Source: Candidatus Cloacimonadales bacterium
GTDB lineage: Bacteria > Cloacimonadota > Cloacimonadia > Cloacimonadales > JAFGVF01
Assembly: GCA_963678315.1 (NCBI GenBank)
Contig: OY782781.1
Location: forward strand, 2,816,001 to 2,880,000
DNA: 64,000 bases
Direction: 5' to 3'
The position numbers were made by a program, and so were the translations under genes. Each line of letters starts with the position of its first letter. The stretch's first letter is position 1. Below the pieces are notes generated by a model. It did no database searches and was not told where the DNA came from. It saw only the letters and a program-made list of their open reading frames with translations. This document shows positions 10,766 to 20,762 of the stretch, one piece after another.

Positions 10766-11053
10766 CCTAAATATTTTGACTGTTTTTCGTGTTATTCGTG
10801 CTTTTCATGGTATACTTTCCTGTTTGCAGATAAAGCCTAGCCTTTATGTCGCCCTTTCAGGGCTTTTTTTATTTTTTAACTATTACATGGAGGGCAAGCC
10901 TCCATGCTTAGTATATGCCACCCCTTCGGGGTTTTTATGGATAGCATCTCCTCAATTCTTCCACTCCTCACTCCTAACTCCTAACTTCTAACTGCCTTCT
11001 TGCCCTTGCCCTTGCCCCACCTGCATAAAAAGCTGATTTAATGCAGGAGGCTA
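10766..11053 (+). repeat. Composite palindromic intergenic repeat, copy A
   Basis: Modules TTCGTGTTATTCGTG, TATGTCGCCCTTTCAGGGC, CATGGAGG/CCTCCATG, ACCCCTTCGGGGT-TTTATGGATAGCA and CCTGCAT...ATGCAGG; the first module is shared with 24173-24465 and the rest with both 24173-24465 and 54995-55209. Confidence 0.9.
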
Positions 11054-11122
11054 TTAAGAAATAAGTATAGAGCAAAATACTTTACTTAGAAGCTACTCCA
11101 TGTTTTTATATTTTAGTATATG

Positions 11123-13015
11123 TTAATAAGAAAAAATAATACCACTATTAGGCAGTATCCATTTAGATAGCCCTGCATCTACTTCAATAGTATTGTTTTC
11201 CTTTTTTACTGATGGATATTTAGTCTCTCCAGAAATTATATTTACAACTTCAATATCTTTAAGAGAATTAGGATACTTAAAGGCTACTTTAACTCCTAAG
11301 GTAGGTTCAGATATATAAATTGCTAATTGATGTTTAGATTTTGGATAATAAGTTTCAGTCTCAATAACAAAAGAGCATTCACTATTCACAAAGTTCTTTA
11401 ACTTGTCATGACTAGCACTATATTCTAGAACATCAGATTCCTTAGTTAACTCAATATCAGTAGAGATATCATTAATTTTAAGATTGGTAACTACAAAACT
11501 TTTATTGCTTATTGGAAATTGCTCAGCTAACAACCATCTATATTCTACTTGTGGATTTTGGAAATACTTATTTAAAGTATCATTGTTATTGGCACAAGCA
11601 ACGATGATTTTATCAGTTTTTAGAATCTTATTATAGGAAATCTTAGTCTTAACTTTATAGAATTGCTTAAATTCATGTGAATCTATGAATTGTATTTCAT
11701 GATTAAAGTTCTTTCTATAAACTGTATTTCTATCAGAGGCTCTTATATATCTATCAATTATTTCATTATAAAGAGTCGTAGATAAAGAATTACTTTCAAT
11801 TCTTTCTTTTATAGATTCTTTAATAATATTTGAAAGTTTGCTTTTAGAAAAGTCTGGAGAAAAGAAACCTCGACGCATTATTGGTTCTTCACTAAGTTGC
11901 TTATTATTATAGAAAAAGAGTCTAACAGCTCTTCTTCCGATTAAGGTAGCTAGCTCATAAGGAGAACCTTTGTAGAGTTGAGCTAAATCTTCAATATGAA
12001 TACTTTCAGACCCAAATAAGGTAACATTGTCTCCAAGCTTGATAAGCTTGTTATTTTGCTTAATAATGGTCATATCCATGGTTACTTTTCCTATAACAGG
12101 TAAAATCTCATTATTACATTCAACAAAGCCTTTATTTCCTAAATGGTAAGGGTATCCGTCAGCATACCCAACTGGTAGTATTGCATAAGTAATATCTTCA
12201 TCAGCAGTATAAGTCATGTTGTAGCTGATATGTTCACCAGCATTAGCTGATTTAATCTGTCCTATTGTAGTTAAAAACTTCATAACAGGCTTTAAGTTAA
12301 TCTTATTTCTAATTTTGGCAATGGGGTATATACCAAAGGTAAGAATACCTAATCTAACTAAGTTTACTTGGTCAAAAGAAAAATTTACGAGCCCACAGCT
12401 GTTCGATGAATGAATGTAGCGAGGGGAAAAGTCTTCTAAATGATCTTTTAGATTATTAACACAGGCAATAAACTTATTATATTGTAGATGAGTAAATTTA
12501 TTATTATCTTCACTTTCAGCAAAATGGGTGAAGATACCTTCTAGCTTTAAGTTAGATAGAGAAAGTATCTTCTTGATAAAATTCTTTGCTTCAGAGGGTT
12601 TAATCCCAGAACGGTTCATGCCAGTATCAATATTAATGTGAATCTCTATAGTTTTATTCTTTTTAATAGCTTCTTGATTAAGAAGTTCTGCAAACTCAAT
12701 ATCATTAATGCTAGGAGTTAAATTATACTCTATTATTGAATTAATCTCAGATTTTAAAGAAGGTGATAGTATTAGAATATCAAGTGTTATACCTTGATAT
12801 CTTAGGTTAGCACCTTCGTCAGCATTTGCCACCCCCAATAGAGAAGCACCATTTTTAATTGCTACTTGAGCTATATGGAAAGCTCCATGACCATAGGCAT
12901 CAGCTTTTACAATTTGCAAAAAAGCTTGTTGGGGTTTGAGAAAACCTTTTAAAGCTTTAAGGTTTTCTTCAAAATGAGATAAGTTTATTTCAATCCAAGA
13001 TCTAGCAAGTGGCAT
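11123..13015 (-). CDS. alr: Alanine racemase with a ~250-aa C-terminal extension of unknown function
   Basis: VKADAYGHG (PLP Lys), DTGMNR, ISYNMTY (catalytic Tyr), GYADG and GKVTMD motifs; the racemase fold ends at about aa 370. Confidence 0.92.
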   Translation of the reverse strand: MPLARSWIEINLSHFEENLKALKGFLKPQQAFLQIVKADAYGHGAFHIAQVAIKNGASLLGVANADEGANLRYQGITLDILILSPSLKSEINSIIEYNLTPSINDIEFAELLNQEAIKKNKTIEIHINIDTGMNRSGIKPSEAKNFIKKILSLSNLKLEGIFTHFAESEDNNKFTHLQYNKFIACVNNLKDHLEDFSPRYIHSSNSCGLVNFSFDQVNLVRLGILTFGIYPIAKIRNKINLKPVMKFLTTIGQIKSANAGEHISYNMTYTADEDITYAILPVGYADGYPYHLGNKGFVECNNEILPVIGKVTMDMTIIKQNNKLIKLGDNVTLFGSESIHIEDLAQLYKGSPYELATLIGRRAVRLFFYNNKQLSEEPIMRRGFFSPDFSKSKLSNIIKESIKERIESNSLSTTLYNEIIDRYIRASDRNTVYRKNFNHEIQFIDSHEFKQFYKVKTKISYNKILKTDKIIVACANNNDTLNKYFQNPQVEYRWLLAEQFPISNKSFVVTNLKINDISTDIELTKESDVLEYSASHDKLKNFVNSECSFVIETETYYPKSKHQLAIYISEPTLGVKVAFKYPNSLKDIEVVNIISGETKYPSVKKENNTIEVDAGLSKWILPNSGIIFSY

Positions 13016-13023
13016 GTAGAATC

Positions 13024-14370
13024 CTAAAAGTATGAAGCGGCTATTTCAGCTAATTTAGATCTTTCACCTTTCATAAGTGTGACATGACCAACAAGTTCCT
13101 CATTCTTTAGTTTCTCAACAGCTATCGATAAACCGTTACTCTCAGAATCCAAATAAGGAATATCTATTTGATAAGGATCACCTGTTAAAATAATTTTTGT
13201 ATTCTCACCTGCACGAGTGATGATTGTTTTCATTTCATGGGGAGTTAAATTCTGTGCTTCGTCAATAATCATAAACTGATTAGGTAAACTTCTACCTCTA
13301 ATATATGTCAAAGGTTCCAATTCGACAAAATTAAAGTCCAGATAATCATCAATGCTTGGATTATGCTTACCGAAAATTTTACCATTATCTTTTGGATTAT
13401 AGTTAGAATGACCTTGGATTAATATTTCCATATTATCATAGATTGGTTGCATCCAGGGAGTGAACTTATCATTCTTAGAACCAGGTAGGAAACCTAAATC
13501 TTTACCAAGAGGTGAAATTGGTCTTGAAACAACTAATCTTTTATAAGAATCATCCTCAACAACCTGATTTAATCCTGCTGCAATTGCTAATAGAGTTTTA
13601 CCTGTGCCAGCAATACCTGACAATGATACCATTCTTACAGACTTATCTAGCAACAATTCAAATGCTATTCTTTGCTCATCATTTCTTGCAGTGATACCAA
13701 AGATTTCTTGTCCTGTGTAATGAACTAAGGGGTAAAATACATTTGCTTCTTTGGAATAACGTCCAAGTGCAGTTCTAGTAGGATTTTCGTTATTATTTAC
13801 AAGTTTTATGAAATGATTTGGTTTAACATCATCTAATGGGTTTTCGAAAATTTCCTTTTCTAGATAATTATCAATCTCTTCATCACTAACAACTAAAGTA
13901 GTGAAACCTGTGTAAAGCTCATCAAATTTCATTACATCATGTTCAAAGTTTTCACTCTTAATCCCTAAGCAATCTGCCTTAATTCTGACATTTGCATCTT
14001 TAGATATCAAAATAACTGTCTTCTCGGGGTTTTCTTCCTTGAAGTGTATTGCAGTACCAATTATCTTATTATCGTTTGTATCCTGTAACGTATGTCCCTC
14101 ATATTCAAGCTTATTTGATCTAATAGTAACAATTATTTTGCCACCTTTTGGAGTTTCTACACCTTCTTGTAAGGAACCCTTTTGTCTTAGAGCATCAAGA
14201 TGACGACCTATTTGTCTAGCATTTCTTGATTTTTCATCTACACCTTTTTTAAATCTATCCACTTCCTCAATTACAGTTATAGGGATTACAACTATGTTAT
14301 CTTCGAATAAATACATAGCTTCTGGATTATGAATTAATACATTAGTATCGAGAACGAATATTTTTTCCAT
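13024..14370 (-). CDS. PIN-PhoH (PhoH2/YlaK-like) protein
   Basis: N-terminal VLDTNV PIN domain; GIAGTGKT, LGFLPG, RGRS, DEAQN and GD..QID PhoH motifs. Confidence 0.92.
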   Translation of the reverse strand: MEKIFVLDTNVLIHNPEAMYLFEDNIVVIPITVIEEVDRFKKGVDEKSRNARQIGRHLDALRQKGSLQEGVETPKGGKIIVTIRSNKLEYEGHTLQDTNDNKIIGTAIHFKEENPEKTVILISKDANVRIKADCLGIKSENFEHDVMKFDELYTGFTTLVVSDEEIDNYLEKEIFENPLDDVKPNHFIKLVNNNENPTRTALGRYSKEANVFYPLVHYTGQEIFGITARNDEQRIAFELLLDKSVRMVSLSGIAGTGKTLLAIAAGLNQVVEDDSYKRLVVSRPISPLGKDLGFLPGSKNDKFTPWMQPIYDNMEILIQGHSNYNPKDNGKIFGKHNPSIDDYLDFNFVELEPLTYIRGRSLPNQFMIIDEAQNLTPHEMKTIITRAGENTKIILTGDPYQIDIPYLDSESNGLSIAVEKLKNEELVGHVTLMKGERSKLAEIAASYF

Positions 14371-14377
14371 TTTCACC

Positions 14378-15727
14378 TCAAAAATATAGCTTGAAAAGTT
14401 CTGATATATCTTTTATCATTTTTACTTTATTTTTAAATTTTGAGTCAATATTTGAATTTTTAGAAAGAACAACTTCTTTAAATCCTAGTTTTAGAGACTC
14501 ATTTATTCTACTGTTAATATTAGAAGCTGTCCTTACTTCACCATTCAATCCAACTTCTCCGATGAATACTGAATTCTTTGAAAGAGCAATATCACTAAAA
14601 CCTGAGAATATAGATGCTACAACTGCTAAGTCAATGGCAGAATCTTTAATCTTTAATCCTCCGATTATATTAATAAAGACATCGTTATTCCCCAGAGGAA
14701 TTCCAGTGTTTTTCTCTATCACAGCCAATATCATAGCTAACTTTTTTTGTTCATAGCCAACTGCAACTCTTTGAGCATTACCATAATTTGTATCATTCAA
14801 GAGTGCTTGGATCTCTATGAAAAAGTTTCGAGAACCTTCACTTATGCAACTAATAACATCACCTGAGCGCATTTCATTAGTTGATATAAATGTCATAGAC
14901 GGATTTGGAGCTTCATTTAAGCCATTGCTTGTCATTTCAAAAATACCAATTTCATTAGTTGAACCAAATCTATTCTTACTGGTCCTTAGTATTTTGTGAA
15001 AGCCACTTTTATCACTTTCAAAATACAGAACTGTATCAACCATGTGTTCTATTGTTTTAGGACCTGCTACTACACCATCTTTGGTAACGTGGCCAATTAT
15101 AATTGTGGGTATATTATTATTCTTTGCTAATTTTGTAAGATAATTACTGCATTCACGTAATTGAGTTACGGAGCCTTGATATGAATCTATTACTGAAGAA
15201 TAGACAGACTGTATTGAATCAACAATTAGCAAGTCTGGTGCATGTTCTTTCACTGTTGGCTCGATTTGCTCAATCTGGTTACAGCACATCAATAAAATAT
15301 TCTCAGAATTAGTATTTAGTCTATCTGACCTAATTTTGATTTGCTGTGAACTCTCTTCTCCTGACACATAGAGAATCTTCTTATCCTTTAGACTTAGCAT
15401 CTTGGCTAATTGAAGCATCAAAGTTGATTTACCTGTCCCTGGTTCTCCTCCTAAAAGTATAACCATTCCAGGAACAATTCCCCCACCTAATACACAGTCA
15501 AACTCATTAATTCCAGTTTTTATTCTAGCTTCACTATCTACAACAATTTCGGATATTGGGCTAATAGCTAACTTAGTCAGAGAGATGTTTTGCGATATAC
15601 TCTTACTATTTTTCTTACCAATAATACGACTAACTTCTTTAAAGGAGTTCCACTCATTACATGCTGGGCATTTACCTATCCATTTATTAGATTCAAATCC
15701 ACAGTTTGCACATACATAACTACTCAT
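14378..15727 (-). CDS. radA: DNA repair protein RadA/Sms
   Basis: C4 zinc finger, GGEPGTGKSTL and the KNRFG motif. Confidence 0.97.
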   Translation of the reverse strand: MSSYVCANCGFESNKWIGKCPACNEWNSFKEVSRIIGKKNSKSISQNISLTKLAISPISEIVVDSEARIKTGINEFDCVLGGGIVPGMVILLGGEPGTGKSTLMLQLAKMLSLKDKKILYVSGEESSQQIKIRSDRLNTNSENILLMCCNQIEQIEPTVKEHAPDLLIVDSIQSVYSSVIDSYQGSVTQLRECSNYLTKLAKNNNIPTIIIGHVTKDGVVAGPKTIEHMVDTVLYFESDKSGFHKILRTSKNRFGSTNEIGIFEMTSNGLNEAPNPSMTFISTNEMRSGDVISCISEGSRNFFIEIQALLNDTNYGNAQRVAVGYEQKKLAMILAVIEKNTGIPLGNNDVFINIIGGLKIKDSAIDLAVVASIFSGFSDIALSKNSVFIGEVGLNGEVRTASNINSRINESLKLGFKEVVLSKNSNIDSKFKNKVKMIKDISELFKLYF

Positions 15728-16811
15728 TTTTCTTCATTTTCCTTAACTCCCTTGAAGAGCTTAGCATAATTCCGAGGTGTTCTGTTGTTGGAGATGATTC
15801 AAGTGCAATTTTTACACTCATTGTTAGCGGAACTGCTAGCAACATACCAGCTATACCAAAAATCCATCCCCAGAATATCAAGGAAACAAATACTACTAAA
15901 GTTGATAAACCTAGTCCATCGCCCATAATTCTAGGTTCTAATAGATTTCCAATCAATAGGTTAGTACCCAAATAACTCAAAGCAACTAAACTTGCATCTG
16001 CATAGCCTAATTGAATTAAAGCTAAAACAATAGCAGGTATTGATGCGATTATTGAACCAATTGTTGGTATAAAATTCAATAAGAATGCAATTATACCCCA
16101 TAAGAAAGGATAATCAAGACCTATCAAATACATAAACATGGTAATCACAATTCCAGTTGCTAATGACACTAAGAACTTTAATCCTAGATAGTGCCTCATA
16201 CTTTCAGTAAATCTATGAACAAACTTTCTTGTATCAGGCTTTATTTTATTTAACAAGCTAACTTTATACTTAAATGAAGAAAATTCTAAGAGTATAAACA
16301 GCATTGCTAGAACAACTAAGAATATATCTGTTAATAGACTTCTCACACTTCCAATAAAGCCTGAAACAAAACCCATTATAGTTGAAGGAGATATACTTGA
16401 ACTTATCTCATCCATAACATTTAAATCATGTATGTTATTAGAAATAAGACTATTACTGCTTACCACTTGAGTAAGCTTAATCATCGATGAGTTATAGAAG
16501 GAAGTTAAGTTATTTTGATAATTATCAATGTTAAGAACAAAGTTATTCAAAGATGTTATAAAAATCATAGTTATCCCAAACAAGATACTCACCGCAATAA
16601 TTATTACTATCATTATAGCTAAAATCCTAGGAATCTTTTTTGAAATCAACCATTCCAATGGATATGCAACAATGCTAGATAGAAATATTGCCAAAATGAA
16701 TGGAACAATTATTTCTTGAGCTTGTTGTAAGCCATAAATTAATATAATTACAGACGAAATTGCTAGGAAGCCTCTAATTTCAGTTAGATTTTGGAGAAAA
16801 GAATTTCTCAA
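15720..16811 (-). CDS. AI-2E family transporter
   Basis: Multi-TM protein; LLNFIPTIGS, EPRIMG..LGLS and FWGWIFG..GMLLAVPLT motifs. Confidence 0.9.
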   Translation of the reverse strand: MRNSFLQNLTEIRGFLAISSVIILIYGLQQAQEIIVPFILAIFLSSIVAYPLEWLISKKIPRILAIMIVIIIAVSILFGITMIFITSLNNFVLNIDNYQNNLTSFYNSSMIKLTQVVSSNSLISNNIHDLNVMDEISSSISPSTIMGFVSGFIGSVRSLLTDIFLVVLAMLFILLEFSSFKYKVSLLNKIKPDTRKFVHRFTESMRHYLGLKFLVSLATGIVITMFMYLIGLDYPFLWGIIAFLLNFIPTIGSIIASIPAIVLALIQLGYADASLVALSYLGTNLLIGNLLEPRIMGDGLGLSTLVVFVSLIFWGWIFGIAGMLLAVPLTMSVKIALESSPTTEHLGIMLSSSRELRKMKKNE

Positions 16812-16885
16812 TACAATACCTCTCTTAAAATAATTATATATTATTAATCATAAAATAGCATTATAACTAAATTAATCAAGTTATA

Positions 16886-19132
16886 TTATTTAATTTTGGG
16901 GAAAGATAGCTCTATTGTAGTTCCTTTTCCTACTTCTGATTCAATATTTATAGAACCTTTGTGATAATTAACTACCTTACTAGCATAGTTTAAGCCTAGT
17001 CCTGTACCCGTCTCTTTTGTTGTAAAGAATGGTTTTAATACTTTTTCCTTTATATTAGCAGGAATACCAGGTCCATTATCTGTTACTTTAATCAAAATAT
17101 GATTATTGGAAGTATCCTCTGTTGATAATTCAATTTCCTTAGAATGGCTGTTTTCGTCAAAAGCTTGTACAGAATTGAGAATTAAATTTACTATAACTCC
17201 AGATAGTTCTTTTTTATCAGCAAGTATTGTATCGTTTTGAGTTTTGAAGATTAAATTTATACTAACATTGTTTTTTTCTATTACGCCTCTACTAAGGTCC
17301 CTTGCATTCTTAACAATTTCATTTACGTATAAAGGTTTTAGTTCTAAGTCTTTGTTCTTAGTATAGTCTAATAGGGCATTAATCTTATCAATTGCCAACC
17401 ACGAATTTCTGTCACATATGTTGATATATCTTTCTACATCTTCTTTTGTCTCGGCCTTACTTATCAATTTCAGAGCAGTTATCGCATTTGAAATTGGGTT
17501 TTTAATCTCATGAGCTATAGAAGAAGCCATTTCGCCTGCTGATGATAATTTTTCACTTATGATAAGTTGCTTTAGATGCTTTTCTGATGTTGCTTTTTCT
17601 CTTTCAAGTTTACTACTTTTTTCTTGCAGTTCTTTCTTTAGTTTTAAAGAAGCTAAGAGACGATTTATCAAAACTATTGTTGATAAGGCAAGAATTATTG
17701 AGATAATTAGAATAACTAGATTTAGTTTATTTGATGTTGCTTCTTTCTCAGCTAATTCAACCTCAAGAACATTATTTTTAGTTTCTAAGACATTATTTTT
17801 TAATTCTGCATTCAATTGAGCAGTTTTATCAGCTATTTCTTTAGCAAATTCCTTATCATTTGAATGGTGCCAATCAATTAGCATCTGTCTAGCCTTAAAT
17901 GCTTCTCCCGTATCTATTAGATAGCGAGAACGTTCCATCACATAATTAAAATCTAACCATGCTTGACCTAGTTGATTAAAATATGGTTTAAACTTTTCAA
18001 AATATTCATTTGATTCTTTATATTTCTTCAAGCTCATCATATGTCTTGCCAGTGTAAGATAATAATTAGCTACATATCTATCAGTTTGGAAAACATCTAG
18101 ATTTTGATTAATCTCTGCCAGATAATAATTTATTTTAGGATGATTACCATCATAAACTATATCATAAGCATTGACTATTTTGAGTAAGTTATTATAGTAG
18201 ATTTGCTTGTTATTAGTAACATAATACCTATTAGCATCCAAATATCTCTCTTCAATTACATTAATAGAATCTTTCACACACGGAGTATTATCTGCTAATA
18301 CCACTTTAAATACACCTAGATTTGAAGTAATATGCATTTTGTATTTAATGTTATCGTTTTTCTCAGCTATGTATGATATTGCAATCGCATTATAAATAGC
18401 CTGATTAGCTGCCTCTAAATTCCCGTGGTTAAAGTATACAATTTGCATTGAGTTATAAATCGCACAAGCAATAACATAAGCAGCAAGATCATTTTTACCA
18501 TAAGTTTTGCTATTCAACCTTTCTAGGTATTCATTAGCTTCCTTGAGGAAAGCCTCACTACCAGCGTAGTATCTAGTAACATAAACTTCATAGTTTTCGA
18601 TGAATATTTTATATTCAGGGTATTTAACTATATCGAGTAATTTATAGATTAAAGGTAGTTTTTCTTTTATTTCTTTAAATTGATTGAACCTTCTTTTATT
18701 TCCGAGATAGTCATAAAGCACTTTTGCTAGAGAAATTTTCTCTTTTTCAGTCAAGTCGAAGGGATACTTCTCATAAAAATCAATACATTCATATACTAAC
18801 GAATCAGACTTGGCAAAATAAGCTATTGTTTCTACATCATCTTTTCCAATTATCCAAGTGCTGGTGTTTAGAGATGATCTTAAGTGAAACTCAGCATCAA
18901 CAAGAGAATCGCATTTTACAAAATTATCATAAGCAATCCTAGAATATTTATTTGCATTTAAATAATCTGATTTAGTTTCATATTCTTTGAATATAATGCT
19001 ATAAATAGATGCCTTAGTATATATATCAGTCTCAGACTCGACCGAGTTTAGTAATGAATCAATATAGGTTATAGAGCATACTGCATTGACGACAATCAAC
19101 AAAAATATTATTAAAGTTAGTTTTAGTCTCAT
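16886..19132 (-). CDS. Orphan sensor histidine kinase with a large helical (TPR-like) extracytoplasmic domain
   Basis: Signal peptide, one TM helix, IAHEIKNP H-box, and N, DNGPG, PFFTTK and GTGLGL boxes; GGAG RBS before the ATG at 19132. Confidence 0.9.
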   Translation of the reverse strand: MRLKLTLIIFLLIVVNAVCSITYIDSLLNSVESETDIYTKASIYSIIFKEYETKSDYLNANKYSRIAYDNFVKCDSLVDAEFHLRSSLNTSTWIIGKDDVETIAYFAKSDSLVYECIDFYEKYPFDLTEKEKISLAKVLYDYLGNKRRFNQFKEIKEKLPLIYKLLDIVKYPEYKIFIENYEVYVTRYYAGSEAFLKEANEYLERLNSKTYGKNDLAAYVIACAIYNSMQIVYFNHGNLEAANQAIYNAIAISYIAEKNDNIKYKMHITSNLGVFKVVLADNTPCVKDSINVIEERYLDANRYYVTNNKQIYYNNLLKIVNAYDIVYDGNHPKINYYLAEINQNLDVFQTDRYVANYYLTLARHMMSLKKYKESNEYFEKFKPYFNQLGQAWLDFNYVMERSRYLIDTGEAFKARQMLIDWHHSNDKEFAKEIADKTAQLNAELKNNVLETKNNVLEVELAEKEATSNKLNLVILIISIILALSTIVLINRLLASLKLKKELQEKSSKLEREKATSEKHLKQLIISEKLSSAGEMASSIAHEIKNPISNAITALKLISKAETKEDVERYINICDRNSWLAIDKINALLDYTKNKDLELKPLYVNEIVKNARDLSRGVIEKNNVSINLIFKTQNDTILADKKELSGVIVNLILNSVQAFDENSHSKEIELSTEDTSNNHILIKVTDNGPGIPANIKEKVLKPFFTTKETGTGLGLNYASKVVNYHKGSINIESEVGKGTTIELSFPKIK

Positions 19133-19151
19133 AATTCTCCCAATTCTCAAA

Positions 19152-19259
19152 ATAAAATAAAGAGGTTGAATTCAACCTCTTTAACATTGTCTAAAAAGAC
19201 AACAAAACAACCAACCAAAACTAATTTACAAAACTTGATGAAACATCATCATTACATGC
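19152..19259 (-). ncRNA. Candidate ~100-nt sRNA or attenuated leader
   Basis: TAGACA-N17-TACTTT promoter (19294-19266); two small hairpins around a U/G-rich linker; perfect 26-bp palindrome at 19158-19183 followed by a U-tract. Confidence 0.4.
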
Positions 19260-19401
19260 AGTGTTAAAGTAATGCTTTATTGCATTTTTGTCTACACTTT
19301 TTTTTAAGTTGTAATTTATGCAACTTAGTTTTGTTTTGTCAATCCCTTTATATTAGCACTTTACAAGTTTTTTTCTACTTATAACTAATTTTTATTAACT
19401 C

Positions 19402-20745
19402 TTATATTTTGATTTTCAAGTCCTTAAGTTTTCTTGAAAGATTGCTCTGTTGCAAATTTAAAGCATCAGATGTGCGGGATATGTTGTTGCCGTGTTTTTC
19501 TAACTGTATTTTAAGGTATTTCTTTTCAAATTGCTGCTTTTTGGCACTGAATTTAGTAGTTTCTTGCCAAAAATCAATCTTCTCTTTTTGTTCAATGTTC
19601 ATTTTCGTCAACATTTCACTTGTAACTTGATTCTCTTCAAGGACTATGTATAGTCTCTCTACAAAGTTTCTAAGTTCCCTGACATTCCCCTTAAATTGGC
19701 AATTACTAATTATTGCAATAGCATCTTTATCAAAGCTCTTTTGACTCACTTTCATTTCCTCAGAGAATATATGAGAGAAGTATTCAATCAAGAGAGGAAT
19801 ATCACTCTTCCTATCTCGTAAAGAAGGAACTTGCAGAGGAATCACATTCAATCTATAAAACAAATCTTCTCTAAATAATCCTTGTTCAACCAATTCTTGT
19901 AGGTTTTTATGGGTTGCAGCAATAATTCTTGCATCTATTTTAATAGATTTATTGGACCCAACTCTTTCGAATTCACCTTCCTGAATTACTCGCAAAATTT
20001 TAGCTTGAGCAGTCAGGCTCATATCCCCTATCTCATCTAAAAACAGGGTTCCATTGTTTGCTTCTTCTATCTTTCCTGATTTAGAAGACACAGCCCCAGT
20101 GAAAGCTCCTTTTTCATAACCAAAGAGTTCACTTTCAACTAATTCATTGGGAATAGCTGCTGAATTAAATCTTACAAATCTGTTTCTTTTTCTAGATGAT
20201 CTATGGTGAATTGCCCAAGCTACCAGTTCTTTTCCTGAGCCACTCTCACCTTGAATAAGCACCTTAGATGAGGTCCTAGCAACTTTATCAATCATGTTGT
20301 TGAGTAGTTTCATTTCTTGTGAATCGCCAATCATCTTATACTTATCAGCTAGTTCTTTTTCTAGATTACTTACTTTATGTTGTATATTGTAATATTCTTG
20401 TGCTTTAAATAATGCAACTCTCACCATTGGTAGCGACAAAGGCTTCTCAAGAAAGTCATAAGCTCCATGTTTCATAGCTTTTACTGCAATTGCAATGTTA
20501 CTATGACCTGAAATCATAATCACTATAGCATCATTGTTAATTTTTTTTATTTTTTGAAGTGCTTCTAATCCATCAACAATAGGCATTTTAACATCAAGGA
20601 ATGTTACATCTGGCTTGAAGTGTGAAAATACTTCTATACCCTGTTGACCGTTATAAGCTACTTCGACAATATGATTATCTTCTTCAAAAATTTCTTTTAA
20701 TAATTTTACTATATTTACTTCATCATCAATGATTAGTATTTTCAT
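19402..20745 (-). CDS. Sigma54-dependent response regulator (NtrC/NtrX family)
   Basis: Receiver domain (IIDDE, LDVKMP); GESGSGKE, intact GAFTGA, LFLDEIG and GNVREL motifs; Fis-type HTH. Confidence 0.95.
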   Translation of the reverse strand: MKILIIDDEVNIVKLLKEIFEEDNHIVEVAYNGQQGIEVFSHFKPDVTFLDVKMPIVDGLEALQKIKKINNDAIVIMISGHSNIAIAVKAMKHGAYDFLEKPLSLPMVRVALFKAQEYYNIQHKVSNLEKELADKYKMIGDSQEMKLLNNMIDKVARTSSKVLIQGESGSGKELVAWAIHHRSSRKRNRFVRFNSAAIPNELVESELFGYEKGAFTGAVSSKSGKIEEANNGTLFLDEIGDMSLTAQAKILRVIQEGEFERVGSNKSIKIDARIIAATHKNLQELVEQGLFREDLFYRLNVIPLQVPSLRDRKSDIPLLIEYFSHIFSEEMKVSQKSFDKDAIAIISNCQFKGNVRELRNFVERLYIVLEENQVTSEMLTKMNIEQKEKIDFWQETTKFSAKKQQFEKKYLKIQLEKHGNNISRTSDALNLQQSNLSRKLKDLKIKI

Positions 20746-20762
20746 TTTTACCTCAATAGAAT

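Noticed and set aside
10776..10991. Similar small ORFs at 10776-10991 and 24183-24440 (MT.FRVIRAF...LWIA), and the ORF at 55020-55205
   Set aside because: They lie within the palindromic repeat. The middle modules are read in different frames in the two copies (YVALSG versus MSPFQG) and there is no RBS.
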